A stretch of DNA of 64,000 nt from positions 88,120-152,119 of the forward strand of contig MGRM01000012.1 of NCBI GenBank assembly GCA_001798185.1, read 5' to 3'. The position numbers were made by a program, and so were the translations under genes. This document shows positions 18,348 through 27,468 of this stretch, piece after piece. Every line of letters begins with the position of its first letter. Positions within the stretch are counted from its first letter, which is position 1. The notes below the pieces were generated by a model. The model did no database searches. It was given only the letters and a program-made list of their open reading frames with translations, and was not told where the DNA came from. This DNA comes from Deltaproteobacteria bacterium RIFCSPHIGHO2_02_FULL_44_16. GTDB lineage: Bacteria; UBA10199; 2-02-FULL-44-16.

Positions 18348-19043
18348 ATGAAACAATTTTTTCTTTTGCTCTTCATTGCAGGAGGGGGAGCACTTTTTTT
18401 TGGTTGCGCTTCTCCCCAAACTGAACACGCCAAAACAGGGAATGGTCTTTCCTGGACGGTTGAAGAGCTGACAGAAAAAGCAAAAGAAGCTTCGTCAAGC
18501 GCTCAACATGCAACAGAAGCTTCCGAGATCAAAAATTTTGCACAACGTGGCCGTGAGTTTGCAGAAAAATGTATTGAACGCGCTCCAGAAGAAGCAGCCT
18601 GTTATTACTATCGCGCCACTCATGTTGGTCTCTATTATAAAGCTCACATCTTTGGATATCAGGACGGTGTCAAACAGATGATCAGCGACTGTGAACGGGC
18701 CATCTCCATTGATCCCTCTTATGATTATGCCGGGTGCCATCGTCTTTTAGGCCAGCTCTACACCAATCTTCCCAAAACCACGGCGCGCTCTAATGGAATC
18801 ATTCGCGATCTTTCCAAAGCAGAACAGCATCTTCGTGAAGCGCTGCGCATTGCTCCGGAATATCCTGAAAACCATCTCGCTCTCTCCGAAAACCTGCTTG
18901 CCCAAGGCAATGTCGCAGCATCCCTTGATGCACTGGTTCGTGCAAAAAAGTTAGCGCCGCAATGGAAGCTTGATACTTCATTTCGTTTGTGGGAGATGAC
19001 GGCACATGAGCTCGAAAAAAAGATCGCGCAGGTTACCCAATAA
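18348..19043 (+). CDS. TPR-like lipoprotein (hypothetical)
   Basis: MKQFFLLLFIAGGGALFFGC lipoprotein signal; helical repeats; start trimmed to avoid overlapping tRNA-Cys. Confidence 0.45.
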   Translation: MKQFFLLLFIAGGGALFFGCASPQTEHAKTGNGLSWTVEELTEKAKEASSSAQHATEASEIKNFAQRGREFAEKCIERAPEEAACYYYRATHVGLYYKAHIFGYQDGVKQMISDCERAISIDPSYDYAGCHRLLGQLYTNLPKTTARSNGIIRDLSKAEQHLREALRIAPEYPENHLALSENLLAQGNVAASLDALVRAKKLAPQWKLDTSFRLWEMTAHELEKKIAQVTQ

Positions 19044-19055
19044 AAGGAGTTTTCT

Positions 19056-19481
19056 ATGGCAAGTCTGAACAAAGTTATTCTCATCGGCAATTTAGGACAA
19101 GATCCTGAAAAAAAAGTGACTGGAAGCGGCCAAACCGTGGTTCATTTTAGTGTCGCTACTTCGGAGCGCTGGAACGATAAAAGTGGACAGAAACAAGAGA
19201 AAACCGAGTGGCATCGTATTGTGGTTTGGGGACAGCAAGCTGAAAATTGCGCGCAATATCTTGCAAAAGGTCGTCAAGCTTACATCGAAGGACGACTTCA
19301 AACTCGTCAATGGGAAGATAAAGAAGGCAACAAGCGTTACACGACAGAAGTCGTAGCTCAGCGCGTTCTCTTTTTAGGTGGAAGCAAAGGAGAGTCGCAG
19401 GCGTTTGAAGGTGCGACTGCTACAGCTCCATCGATGCCTTCTTTTGATGCTGATGCTGTGCACGATGATGTGCCGTTTTAA
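19056..19481 (+). CDS. ssb: single-stranded DNA-binding protein
   Basis: OB-fold N-terminus [12 protein letters not shown]...; acidic tail ending DDVPF. Confidence 0.9.
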   Translation: MASLNKVILIGNLGQDPEKKVTGSGQTVVHFSVATSERWNDKSGQKQEKTEWHRIVVWGQQAENCAQYLAKGRQAYIEGRLQTRQWEDKEGNKRYTTEVVAQRVLFLGGSKGESQAFEGATATAPSMPSFDADAVHDDVPF

Positions 19482-19627
19482 AAAAACCAATTTCAAAACT
19501 GACAAATGATTCGGGTGGCACCGACGGTGTATCCCAGGGGTGCCCCACCCACGGTTTATGGGTGGGGAGGTGGAACGCCGGAGGTGACAGGACCCGTAAC
19601 AATTAAATGTTTTGAAATTGGTTTTTT
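19481..19627. repeat. family-4 element, copy A, lying inside a perfect 19-bp palindrome between the ssb stop and the stop of the convergent gene
   Basis: core 19500-19608 (AATGATTCGGGTG...CAGGACCCGTAACAA) flanked by AAAAAACCAATTTCAAAAC / GTTTTGAAATTGGTTTTTT. Confidence 0.65.
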
Positions 19628-19631
19628 ATTA

Positions 19632-20654
19632 TTACTTACCAAACAATGACGCAGTTCTTATCCCAATCGAAGCAAAGAGCGTGAAATCGACTGACGGGCC
19701 GTGTCCGGTAATGTCCTCAGCAAAACCAAATTGCCAAATAAAATCTTGTTTTCCCAAAAGTTCTTTGTGATCACCTTTCAACCCAACAATAAGATCGAGG
19801 GGAACACCGCCCCATTGATCGCTTAAGCTCTTGAGTAATGGCGAACCGCCTTGCAACTGAGCGATTACTGACCAGTCTTTGTAAAGATTGATGTCTCCGG
19901 CGACCATAAACTGAAATGAGACTTCGTACATATAATCTTCAATCTTCGAATTGCCAGGAGTGATGTAGGGTCCCGCATTGGCATAGAGATGAAATCGATT
20001 TCCCAGTTTTTTCTCAAGCGCAACTCCAAGACCAAAATCAGGACTGCCACTGCTCAGCCCACGTTTTTGTTGACCGGTTGGAATCTTAAAATCCAAAAAC
20101 CACGCAAGGGCTAACGCCCTTTTCTGGGTTTCTTGAAATTGGTGTTTAAGATGCAATGTCACATCTCCCACTCCCCATCCAAGATCAGGATAGTTGATGC
20201 GATCGACACCATACGAAGTCAGTCGATAGGAAAAGCGACCGTTATTGACCGTTTCTCTCCCACCGCGCGGGAAATGAAAGAGACTATGATAGTCCTCGAT
20301 AAAGGAATCGAGAAAACCGCCATCAAAACGATAGAAAGGGAGTTCGGCCCCTACTTCAAAACCCTTTCCAAGTCCGAGCTGAGCAATAATTGCTGTTCGC
20401 AACAACTCCATATCAAGATCAGCGTCACTATGCTCAGCAACTGCTTCTTCAAACAGATTTGAAAACGCAACGTCAGTGCGTAACTCCAACTTCCCCTGCG
20501 GAAGTGCAACTGGACGCATGGGAGTGAGACCTAAGTTTTGAAGATAGATCGGATGCTGGATGCGATTCGTCAGTGGCCCGAGCGCGGGAAAGTCATTGGC
20601 AAAGCCAATACGTGGAAGAAGAAAAAATACCCCGAAAATAAAAATTCGTTTCAT
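19632..20654 (-). CDS. predicted outer-membrane beta-barrel protein (hypothetical)
   Basis: signal peptide MKRIFIFGVFFLLPRIGFA; alternating amphipathic strands; C-terminal aromatic residue. Confidence 0.4.
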   Translation of the reverse strand: MKRIFIFGVFFLLPRIGFANDFPALGPLTNRIQHPIYLQNLGLTPMRPVALPQGKLELRTDVAFSNLFEEAVAEHSDADLDMELLRTAIIAQLGLGKGFEVGAELPFYRFDGGFLDSFIEDYHSLFHFPRGGRETVNNGRFSYRLTSYGVDRINYPDLGWGVGDVTLHLKHQFQETQKRALALAWFLDFKIPTGQQKRGLSSGSPDFGLGVALEKKLGNRFHLYANAGPYITPGNSKIEDYMYEVSFQFMVAGDINLYKDWSVIAQLQGGSPLLKSLSDQWGGVPLDLIVGLKGDHKELLGKQDFIWQFGFAEDITGHGPSVDFTLFASIGIRTASLFGK

Positions 20655-20656
20655 AA

Positions 20657-20795
20657 ATAAGAAGTCATTTCAAAAGTTCATTTGTTACGGGTCCTGCCGC
20701 CTGCGGCATTCCGTAAGCTCCGCTTATATGCGGAAGCTTCCGAAATAGCCTCCGGCGTCACCCGAATCATTATCTCTTTTGAAATGACTTCTTAT
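20657..20795. repeat. family-4 element, copy B (inverted relative to copy A), inside a perfect 20-bp palindrome overlapping the trxB stop
   Basis: core 20677-20775 is the reverse complement of the copy A termini; flanked by ATAAGAAGTCATTTCAAAAG / CTTTTGAAATGACTTCTTAT. Confidence 0.65.
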
Positions 20796-21721
20796 TCAAG
20801 AGTATGCAGATACCTTTCCGCATCAATAGCTGCCATGCAGCCGGTGCCACACGCGGTGACTGCTTGACGATAGACGTGGTCTTGGACATCACCTGCTGCG
20901 AAGACTCCGGGGACACTCGTTTCCATCGAAGATTTTTTCGTCACGATATATCCGTTCGGCTCAAGTTCAAGCTGACCGCGAAAAACATCCGTATTTGGCT
21001 GATGGCCAATCGCAATAAAAACTCCTCCACATGAAATCTCCGAAACTTTTCCTGTTTTGAGATTTTTCATGCGAACGCCGGTGACTTTATCCGCTTTGAC
21101 ATCGAGAATTTCTTCAACAGCAGAATCCCACACAAAATCGATTTTCGGATTTTCAAAAGCTTTCTTTTGCATTGCTTTTGATGCACGGAGTTCATCGCGA
21201 CGATGAACAATGGTGACCTTGCTTGCAAATTTCGTGAGATAGGTTGCCTCTTCAAGAGCTGTATCTCCCCCACCCACGACCACCAAATCCTGACCTTTAA
21301 AGAAAAAACCGTCACATGTCGCACACGCAGAAACTCCTTTGCCCATAAGCTTCATCTCCGCGGGAAGCCCAAGCAACTTGGCACTCGCACCGGTTGCTAC
21401 AATGATGGTGTGAGATTCGTATACATTTTTTCCATCGACTTCGACCTTGAATGGTCGTTTTGAAAAGTCGACTTTGGTCACCGTCCCGTTCACAAATTTC
21501 GTCTCAAACCGTGCTGCTTGTTTGCGCATGGCGTCCATCAGCTCAGGACCGAGAATCGGATTTTCAAAACCGGGATAATTTTCAACGTCACTGGTAATCA
21601 TGAGCTGACCACCGGGTTGCGTTCCATCAATAATAAGCGGCAGAAGATCAGCGCGGGCTGCATAAATAGCAGCCGTGAGTCCCGCACCGCCTGAGCCAAG
21701 AATAATCACTTTGTGAACCAT
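20792..21721 (-). CDS. trxB: thioredoxin-disulfide reductase
   Basis: GSGGAG FAD motif, CATC redox centre, GGGDTA NADPH motif; start at MVHKVIILGSG. Confidence 0.9.
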   Translation of the reverse strand: MVHKVIILGSGGAGLTAAIYAARADLLPLIIDGTQPGGQLMITSDVENYPGFENPILGPELMDAMRKQAARFETKFVNGTVTKVDFSKRPFKVEVDGKNVYESHTIIVATGASAKLLGLPAEMKLMGKGVSACATCDGFFFKGQDLVVVGGGDTALEEATYLTKFASKVTIVHRRDELRASKAMQKKAFENPKIDFVWDSAVEEILDVKADKVTGVRMKNLKTGKVSEISCGGVFIAIGHQPNTDVFRGQLELEPNGYIVTKKSSMETSVPGVFAAGDVQDHVYRQAVTACGTGCMAAIDAERYLHTLE

Positions 21722-21796
21722 GGATACCTCCTGAAGAAACACGCACATTTGCGGATTCAACATAAAAGGTCAACGCCACTTATTCAAACACATTAT

Positions 21797-21815
21797 TTAG
21801 GTGCCGTGCACTTAA
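21797..21815. repeat. REP palindrome (RAYT-associated type)
   Basis: TTAGGTGCCGTGCACTTAA, same motif as the copies flanking the RAYT gene. Confidence 0.6.
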
Positions 21816-21953
21816 CTGGGAAAATTCTGATCTCTATTGCTTCAATCACCATTTTGGGGATAAAGGTGAGGAGGATCAAAAGCCGTTATTGTTCGCAACT
21901 TTTTTTCGAGAGCAACGATAATAAAAACGTCAGTGATACTGTAAAGGAATCTT

Positions 21954-22421
21954 ATGGGATTCAGAGTCAAACCCGAAATTCGTGACATTTTAAGTCGCCA
22001 CGATTGTAGTAATCTTCAAGGTTACGAACAACTCGCATGTAACATGCAACGTGAAGTTGAAAAATGCGCCAAGCTGACAAGGAATGATGGAAATCTGCTT
22101 GCTCGCTTGGAGGAAGATGGGAAGTTATGGGTCAGTCGTCAAAATTGGTATCTCTACACGACGCTTACCAGAGCTGGCATTGGCGGTTCTGTAGACTGTA
22201 TCAATGACGGAGAAAAATTTCTCGTAGCGGCAAATGTTTCCTCTTTTTCGTTTGTGCCCAATTCAGATGGGCGCTTTGGTTTACAATATCACACACATCC
22301 TTTTTCAACAGAATACTATTTCACACCTGATGAACTTGAAACACGTCTCCAACCTCTTTCACGTCGAATTGCACAACAAGTTTCGCAGCTTGTTACAATT
22401 TTTTTGAATACTGGCCAGTAG
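21954..22421 (+). CDS. hypothetical protein (155 aa)
   Basis: ORF only. Confidence 0.35.
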   Translation: MGFRVKPEIRDILSRHDCSNLQGYEQLACNMQREVEKCAKLTRNDGNLLARLEEDGKLWVSRQNWYLYTTLTRAGIGGSVDCINDGEKFLVAANVSSFSFVPNSDGRFGLQYHTHPFSTEYYFTPDELETRLQPLSRRIAQQVSQLVTIFLNTGQ

Positions 22422-22557
22422 GATAACGAAAAAAATCTGTTTTCATTTAAACTGAAGCGTTTTCGTACAAAATGTAAAAAAACGCTCCACTTTTATTTTT
22501 ACGATCATTGAAATTTAACCGTTTTCTTTGGCATCACTTTTGCTTTGCATCATTTAT

Positions 22558-24075
22558 ATGCTTGCTCAAGTTTACGCCGCTGCACTCGTGGGAATCGAAA
22601 CGCAACTCGTCGAAGTGGAAGTCGACGTTCAAATGCAAGGCCTTCCTGGTTGGAGCATGGTCGGTCTCCTTGAAACCGCGGTCAAAGAAGCGCGCGATCG
22701 CGTGTTGCCAGCGCTTCGAAATTCTGGATATAAACTTCTCAATCGTCGCACCATTGTAAATCTCGCTCCAGGAAATGTGAAAAAAAGTGGAGCTCATTTT
22801 GATCTCCCCATCGCCATCGGCATGCTCACGGCCTGGAATATTTGCAAACCTCATCCAGACAAACGCTATCTTCTGGCTGGCGAATTATCGCTGACGGGAG
22901 AACTTCTTCCCATTAATGGCGCGCTTCTCATGGCTATTGCTGCGCGGGCTCATCAACTCACGGGCATTATTCTTCCGGTTCAAAATGAAGAAGAGGCAAA
23001 ACTTGTCACTTCAACAGAAGTTGTTGGATTTTCAACATTGACCGAAGTCGTTCAATTTCTCAATGGAGAGTTTGTTCCCACAAAACAGATGCCTCCAAAA
23101 AAACAAAAACGAACTGCGCCGCCACTTAATTTTGGAGAAGTGCGCGGTCAGCCGATCGCGAAACGCGCGCTCGAAATTGCTGCTGCGGGCGGACACAACA
23201 TTTTGATGGTCGGAACACCTGGCTCTGGAAAGACAATGCTTGCAGAGAGATTACCCACAATTCTTCCTCCACTGACTTCTGAAGAAAAATTGGAAACGAT
23301 GAAGGTCTTAAGTCTGCATGGACTTCTTCACGATACGATTCTTTCTGACGAACGCCCTTTTCGTGCTCCGCATCATTCTGCTTCGTATGCAGGGCTTATC
23401 GGCGGCGGTGGAGGGATACCGAAACTTGGAGAAATTTCGCTCGCACACAATGGCGTTCTGTTTATGGATGAGCTTGCTGAGTTCAATCGTAATGTCTTGG
23501 AAGTTCTGCGTCAGCCACTCGAGTCTGGTCTCGTCCGTCTTGTTCGCACTGGAGCGAGCGTCACCTATCCTGCTCGCTTTATGTTGGTGGCTGCGATGAA
23601 TCCGTGTCCTTGCGGATATTATGGTCATCCAAAACGTGCGTGTATTTGTAATATGCATCGTATTCAGCATTATCGACGAAAAGTTTCAGGACCACTGATT
23701 GATCGAATCGACATTCACATTGAAGTCGAACCAGTTCCTCATAAAGATCTGATGGGAGATAAACCGACAGAAACATCTGAGATGATTAAACAGCGAGTCC
23801 TCGCAGCACGAAAAATTCAAGAAGCACGCTACGATTCACGCATTGGTTGTAATGCTCAACTCCATGCTCGTGATTTAAAAAAATTCTGTCCTTTTAAAGG
23901 AAATGCAGAATCGCTTCTCGAAAAAGCGACCGAGAAAATGCACCTCTCAGCTCGCTCAACCCATCGCGTATTGAAAATTGCCCGAACCATCGCCGACCTC
24001 GAATCCTCCGACGCCCTCGGCCCACCTCATATCGCCGAAGCACTGCAGTATAGGCCTACGGATGATGTGCATTAA
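22558..24075 (+). CDS. comM: Mg-chelatase-like AAA ATPase YifB/ComM
   Basis: N-terminal MLAQVYAAALVGIETQLVEVEVD; Walker A GTPGSGKT; C-terminal ChlI-like region. Confidence 0.85.
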   Translation: MLAQVYAAALVGIETQLVEVEVDVQMQGLPGWSMVGLLETAVKEARDRVLPALRNSGYKLLNRRTIVNLAPGNVKKSGAHFDLPIAIGMLTAWNICKPHPDKRYLLAGELSLTGELLPINGALLMAIAARAHQLTGIILPVQNEEEAKLVTSTEVVGFSTLTEVVQFLNGEFVPTKQMPPKKQKRTAPPLNFGEVRGQPIAKRALEIAAAGGHNILMVGTPGSGKTMLAERLPTILPPLTSEEKLETMKVLSLHGLLHDTILSDERPFRAPHHSASYAGLIGGGGGIPKLGEISLAHNGVLFMDELAEFNRNVLEVLRQPLESGLVRLVRTGASVTYPARFMLVAAMNPCPCGYYGHPKRACICNMHRIQHYRRKVSGPLIDRIDIHIEVEPVPHKDLMGDKPTETSEMIKQRVLAARKIQEARYDSRIGCNAQLHARDLKKFCPFKGNAESLLEKATEKMHLSARSTHRVLKIARTIADLESSDALGPPHIAEALQYRPTDDVH

Positions 24076-24090
24076 GTGCCGTGCACTTAA
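24072..24090. repeat. REP palindrome overlapping the comM stop
   Basis: TTAAGTGCCGTGCACTTAA. Confidence 0.65.
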
Positions 24091-24111
24091 TTGAGAAAAA
24101 AGAGGCTTATA

Positions 24112-24741
24112 ATGCCCCGCTACCCCATAATTCATATTCCCGACGGAATTTATTCAGTAACCAGCAAATGCAACAATAATGAATTTCTCTTTGACGCTGA
24201 AGAGAAGTTTCAATTGTATTTACATCATCTCCTAGAATGTAAACGCAAATTGAATTTCATTATCTATGATCTCTGTTGTATGTCGAACCATGTGCATGAA
24301 CTTTATCGTGTCACCCGTGGAATTACGATTGCGGATATTCTTCACACCGTTCGTGGACATTTTTCTCAAAAATTTAATACTCGTTTTGGGCGAAGCGGAC
24401 ATTTTTGGAAAAGCAAACCTTACTATCGTATTGTTGAAGACGAGCAATATGCATTTCATCTCATGAATTATTTTCACTTAAATCCTGTAAAGGCCGGCCT
24501 TGTTGATAAACCTGAAAATTGGCCTTATTCAGGATATCGCTTTCATATGCTCGGGGACCGAAAAGGACTTATGGGGAGACTACTTAATCAAATTCCTGGA
24601 ACTTCGAAATCCACAACATCAGTCGATTCTGAAAACTTGTATTTGAACAAGTTACTTCAACGACGTCGATTACGATTTATTGGAACAGAAGAGTTTATAA
24701 ACAGCATGCAGACAAGATATAAACGAGATAGCGAGAAATAA
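24112..24741 (+). mobile_element. REP-associated tyrosine transposase (RAYT, IS200/IS605 TnpA-like HUH Y1 transposase)
   Basis: MPRYPIIHIPDGIYSVTS N-terminus; HuH motif SNHVHEL; YFHLNPVKAGLVDKPENWPYSGY catalytic-Tyr motif; flanked by REP palindromes. Confidence 0.8.
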
Positions 24742-24815
24742 GTGCCGTGCACTTAAATGAAAAAATTCTCGCTTTAAATGCATTTTTCTTCCAAATAAGT
24801 GCACGGCACTTAAGT
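24739..24815. repeat. inverted pair of REP palindromes (BIME-like) immediately 3' of the RAYT gene
   Basis: TAAGTGCCGTGCACTTAA at 24739-24756 and the inverted copy TAAGTGCACGGCACTTAAG at 24797-24815, separated by about 40 bp. Confidence 0.65.
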
Positions 24816-24819
24816 AAAG

Positions 24820-27468
24820 TTGACACCGTTCTTCATATCAGCACAAATCTCTCCCATGCCAATAACCTTGATCACAGGCCCGGTAGGCTCAGGGAGAACC
24901 ACTCTTCTTTTTGAAAAACTTTCGGATGCGCTTGCCAAAGGGAAAGCGGTTTACATTGCCCCCAATGAAACACTGGCAACTGAGCTTCGTACGGCGTTTC
25001 TTTCCTTTCTTGAAGAGAGTGGAAAGCGCGCAGCGCTCGTGGGCGACATTTTTCTCTCTCTTCGCAGCTTTGTTTATCGTCTGACACAAAAAACACCGAC
25101 GATGACTTCATTTCAGCAAACTCTTCTCTGTTTTGAGCTTCTTCAATCACAACAGCTCCGCTATTTCGATCCTCATCACATTTCATTTCAAATCGCTCGA
25201 GATGCAGCGAGCAGCATTCATACACTAAAGAAAAACGGAATTTCTCCGGAGCAACTTGAAGTCCTTCTCGAAACTCGTGGTTCATTACAGGAGTACGACC
25301 TCCTCACTCTTTTTAAACGTTATGAAACAAAACGAGAGGACCTTCATCTTCTCGACGAAGGTGATCTTTTTCAAAGGGCTTGCAGCCTTTCATATACAGG
25401 AGAGATATTTGTCGATGAATTTACTCATCTTCAACCAGGCGAACGGACTCTTTTCCAAAACCTTGCAGCGCAGACACACATGCATCTCACGCTTCCCGAA
25501 GCTGATGATGAGCATCAACCTTTTGCCTCTTTTTTGAAAAAATCAATCAGTACCCTTCAACCACTCACTCACACACATCAACAATTACCAAAAAAAAATC
25601 ATGAAATGGCGCAAACCACGCTTCTTTCGTTACGTTCTTCTTTAGATGAAACACGATTTTGTCTTCAACAACTCCTTGGGACTGAGGATGAATCTTTTTC
25701 ACCTGCCATGATCGTCACTCGGCAGCGATCTGCTTTTCCAAAAATCTTATTTCAAGAATGGAAAAACGTGCAAAACCCAGAAAGAGCGCCAGCTCCGGTT
25801 TCTCGAATCTTTTCCGAAATCCTTCAGATTTCGTTACCAGAAGAGGCTTCACTGCTTACGTTTGCGGAACAACTTCGTAAATCATTGCAACCCACGCACA
25901 GCGATCCTTCTCTGCATCTTCGTTTCTTACATCTTCTTCAGACTCTCTCTGCACAAGCACATCTCCTTCAATTGAAAACATTTTCGCGAACCGAATTTTA
26001 TGAAATCATTCAATTTCATTTGGAACAAGAGAACATCCATCAACCACAACTCCCCTTCGAGACACGGAGTTTTGAAAGAAGTATTTCACAACCACACCCG
26101 AGAATCATCATTCCTGAAATGAACGAAGGGAATATTCCTTTTCTTGCTCCGGAACATTTTTTCTTCTCAGACCAGCTCGACTTCTCAGCCTCTCCAAACC
26201 CTCTGTTAGATGAAATTTTTCCTGCAGCAGATCAACTATTAGCACTGGATGCTTTTCGATTTTATACGTTTCTCACGAAAGCTACCGAAGAAGTTGTGCT
26301 GACCTTTTCTCTTCTCGATCACAAAGGGCAGGAAACAATCCCGTCCTCTTTTGTCAAAAACTTTGGTCCCCCACTGCCCATAGAATCTCAGGTTTTTTCA
26401 CCTGAAGCTCTGCAGACCCTCGGAACAGAGGCGCTTCTTCAGCGCATCACTATTGAGCAAGAGCGAAGAGCGATGCGAAAAGATCATCTCTCCTACCACG
26501 GTCTTATTCAAGACCCGGAAGCGCGAAAGCTCCTCAAAGAGCGCTTTACTCAGGAATGTTTCAGTCCCTCTCGTCTTGAAACCTACGCTGAGTGTCCGAT
26601 GCGTTTCTTTTTTGAAAAAGTTTTAGGACTCAAACCTGAAGAAGAGATCACTCCTGAAGTTCAACCCAAAGACCGAGGAACTATTATTCATGCTCTTCTA
26701 GAATGCTTTTATCGCGACTATCGCAATCTTTTTTCAGCGGCGCTTACTGATGCTTCAAAAGAGAAAGAGATCTCAGCACTTCTCGATCAACTTCTGGATG
26801 AAGTTTTTCTTCAGCACGATCATCTCTTGCAACAAAGCGCTCCGGCGCTTCGCCCCTTTGAACGAAAAGCTATTCGAAAAGTGATTGAAAAAACACTTTT
26901 CCTCGAACTTGAAACAGCCCGCGCTCTCTCAACTCCTCTCTTGCCTTCACACTGTGAGTGGATTTTTGGAACAGAACACGTAAAACCACTTTCGCTTTCT
27001 CTCGAAAATGATGATGACATTTTGATTCAAGGACGTGTCGATCGTATCGATGTGTCGCACGATGGTTCTTCTTTTCTCATTGTCGATTACAAAACCGGAA
27101 AATCGATTGAAAGCATTCGAAAAAAAATTGAAGATGGGCTTCATCTTCAAATTCCACTGTATATTGCCGCAGTCCAAAAACTTCTTCTTCCACACGCTTC
27201 CGCTCTTGGCGGACTTCTGTTTGCGGTCATGAAAGGTGAAAAGACCTCAGGCATGTTGAAAAAAGAACATAACGAAAAAAGTTTTTCCCTTTCATCTCGT
27301 TCGCGCGCGTTGATTTCGGAAGAAGAGTGGGAAGATCTTTTAGAGACAAGTTTCAAATATACCCGTGACTATGTCACCGCGATACGAAATGGAAATTTTT
27401 CACATCTGACATCTGAGCCGTGCAAGTACTGTACATTCGCACAAGCGTGTCGCAGAGGAACGTCATGA
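24820..27468 (+). CDS. AddB/RexB-like helicase-nuclease subunit (PD-(D/E)xK nuclease)
   Basis: N-terminal Walker A GPVGSGRTT; C-terminal nuclease motif RVDRIDV...IVDYKTGK and cysteine cluster C..C..C..C; the true start may be at the internal Met at 24856. Confidence 0.65.
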   Translation: MTPFFISAQISPMPITLITGPVGSGRTTLLFEKLSDALAKGKAVYIAPNETLATELRTAFLSFLEESGKRAALVGDIFLSLRSFVYRLTQKTPTMTSFQQTLLCFELLQSQQLRYFDPHHISFQIARDAASSIHTLKKNGISPEQLEVLLETRGSLQEYDLLTLFKRYETKREDLHLLDEGDLFQRACSLSYTGEIFVDEFTHLQPGERTLFQNLAAQTHMHLTLPEADDEHQPFASFLKKSISTLQPLTHTHQQLPKKNHEMAQTTLLSLRSSLDETRFCLQQLLGTEDESFSPAMIVTRQRSAFPKILFQEWKNVQNPERAPAPVSRIFSEILQISLPEEASLLTFAEQLRKSLQPTHSDPSLHLRFLHLLQTLSAQAHLLQLKTFSRTEFYEIIQFHLEQENIHQPQLPFETRSFERSISQPHPRIIIPEMNEGNIPFLAPEHFFFSDQLDFSASPNPLLDEIFPAADQLLALDAFRFYTFLTKATEEVVLTFSLLDHKGQETIPSSFVKNFGPPLPIESQVFSPEALQTLGTEALLQRITIEQERRAMRKDHLSYHGLIQDPEARKLLKERFTQECFSPSRLETYAECPMRFFFEKVLGLKPEEEITPEVQPKDRGTIIHALLECFYRDYRNLFSAALTDASKEKEISALLDQLLDEVFLQHDHLLQQSAPALRPFERKAIRKVIEKTLFLELETARALSTPLLPSHCEWIFGTEHVKPLSLSLENDDDILIQGRVDRIDVSHDGSSFLIVDYKTGKSIESIRKKIEDGLHLQIPLYIAAVQKLLLPHASALGGLLFAVMKGEKTSGMLKKEHNEKSFSLSSRSRALISEEEWEDLLETSFKYTRDYVTAIRNGNFSHLTSEPCKYCTFAQACRRGTS

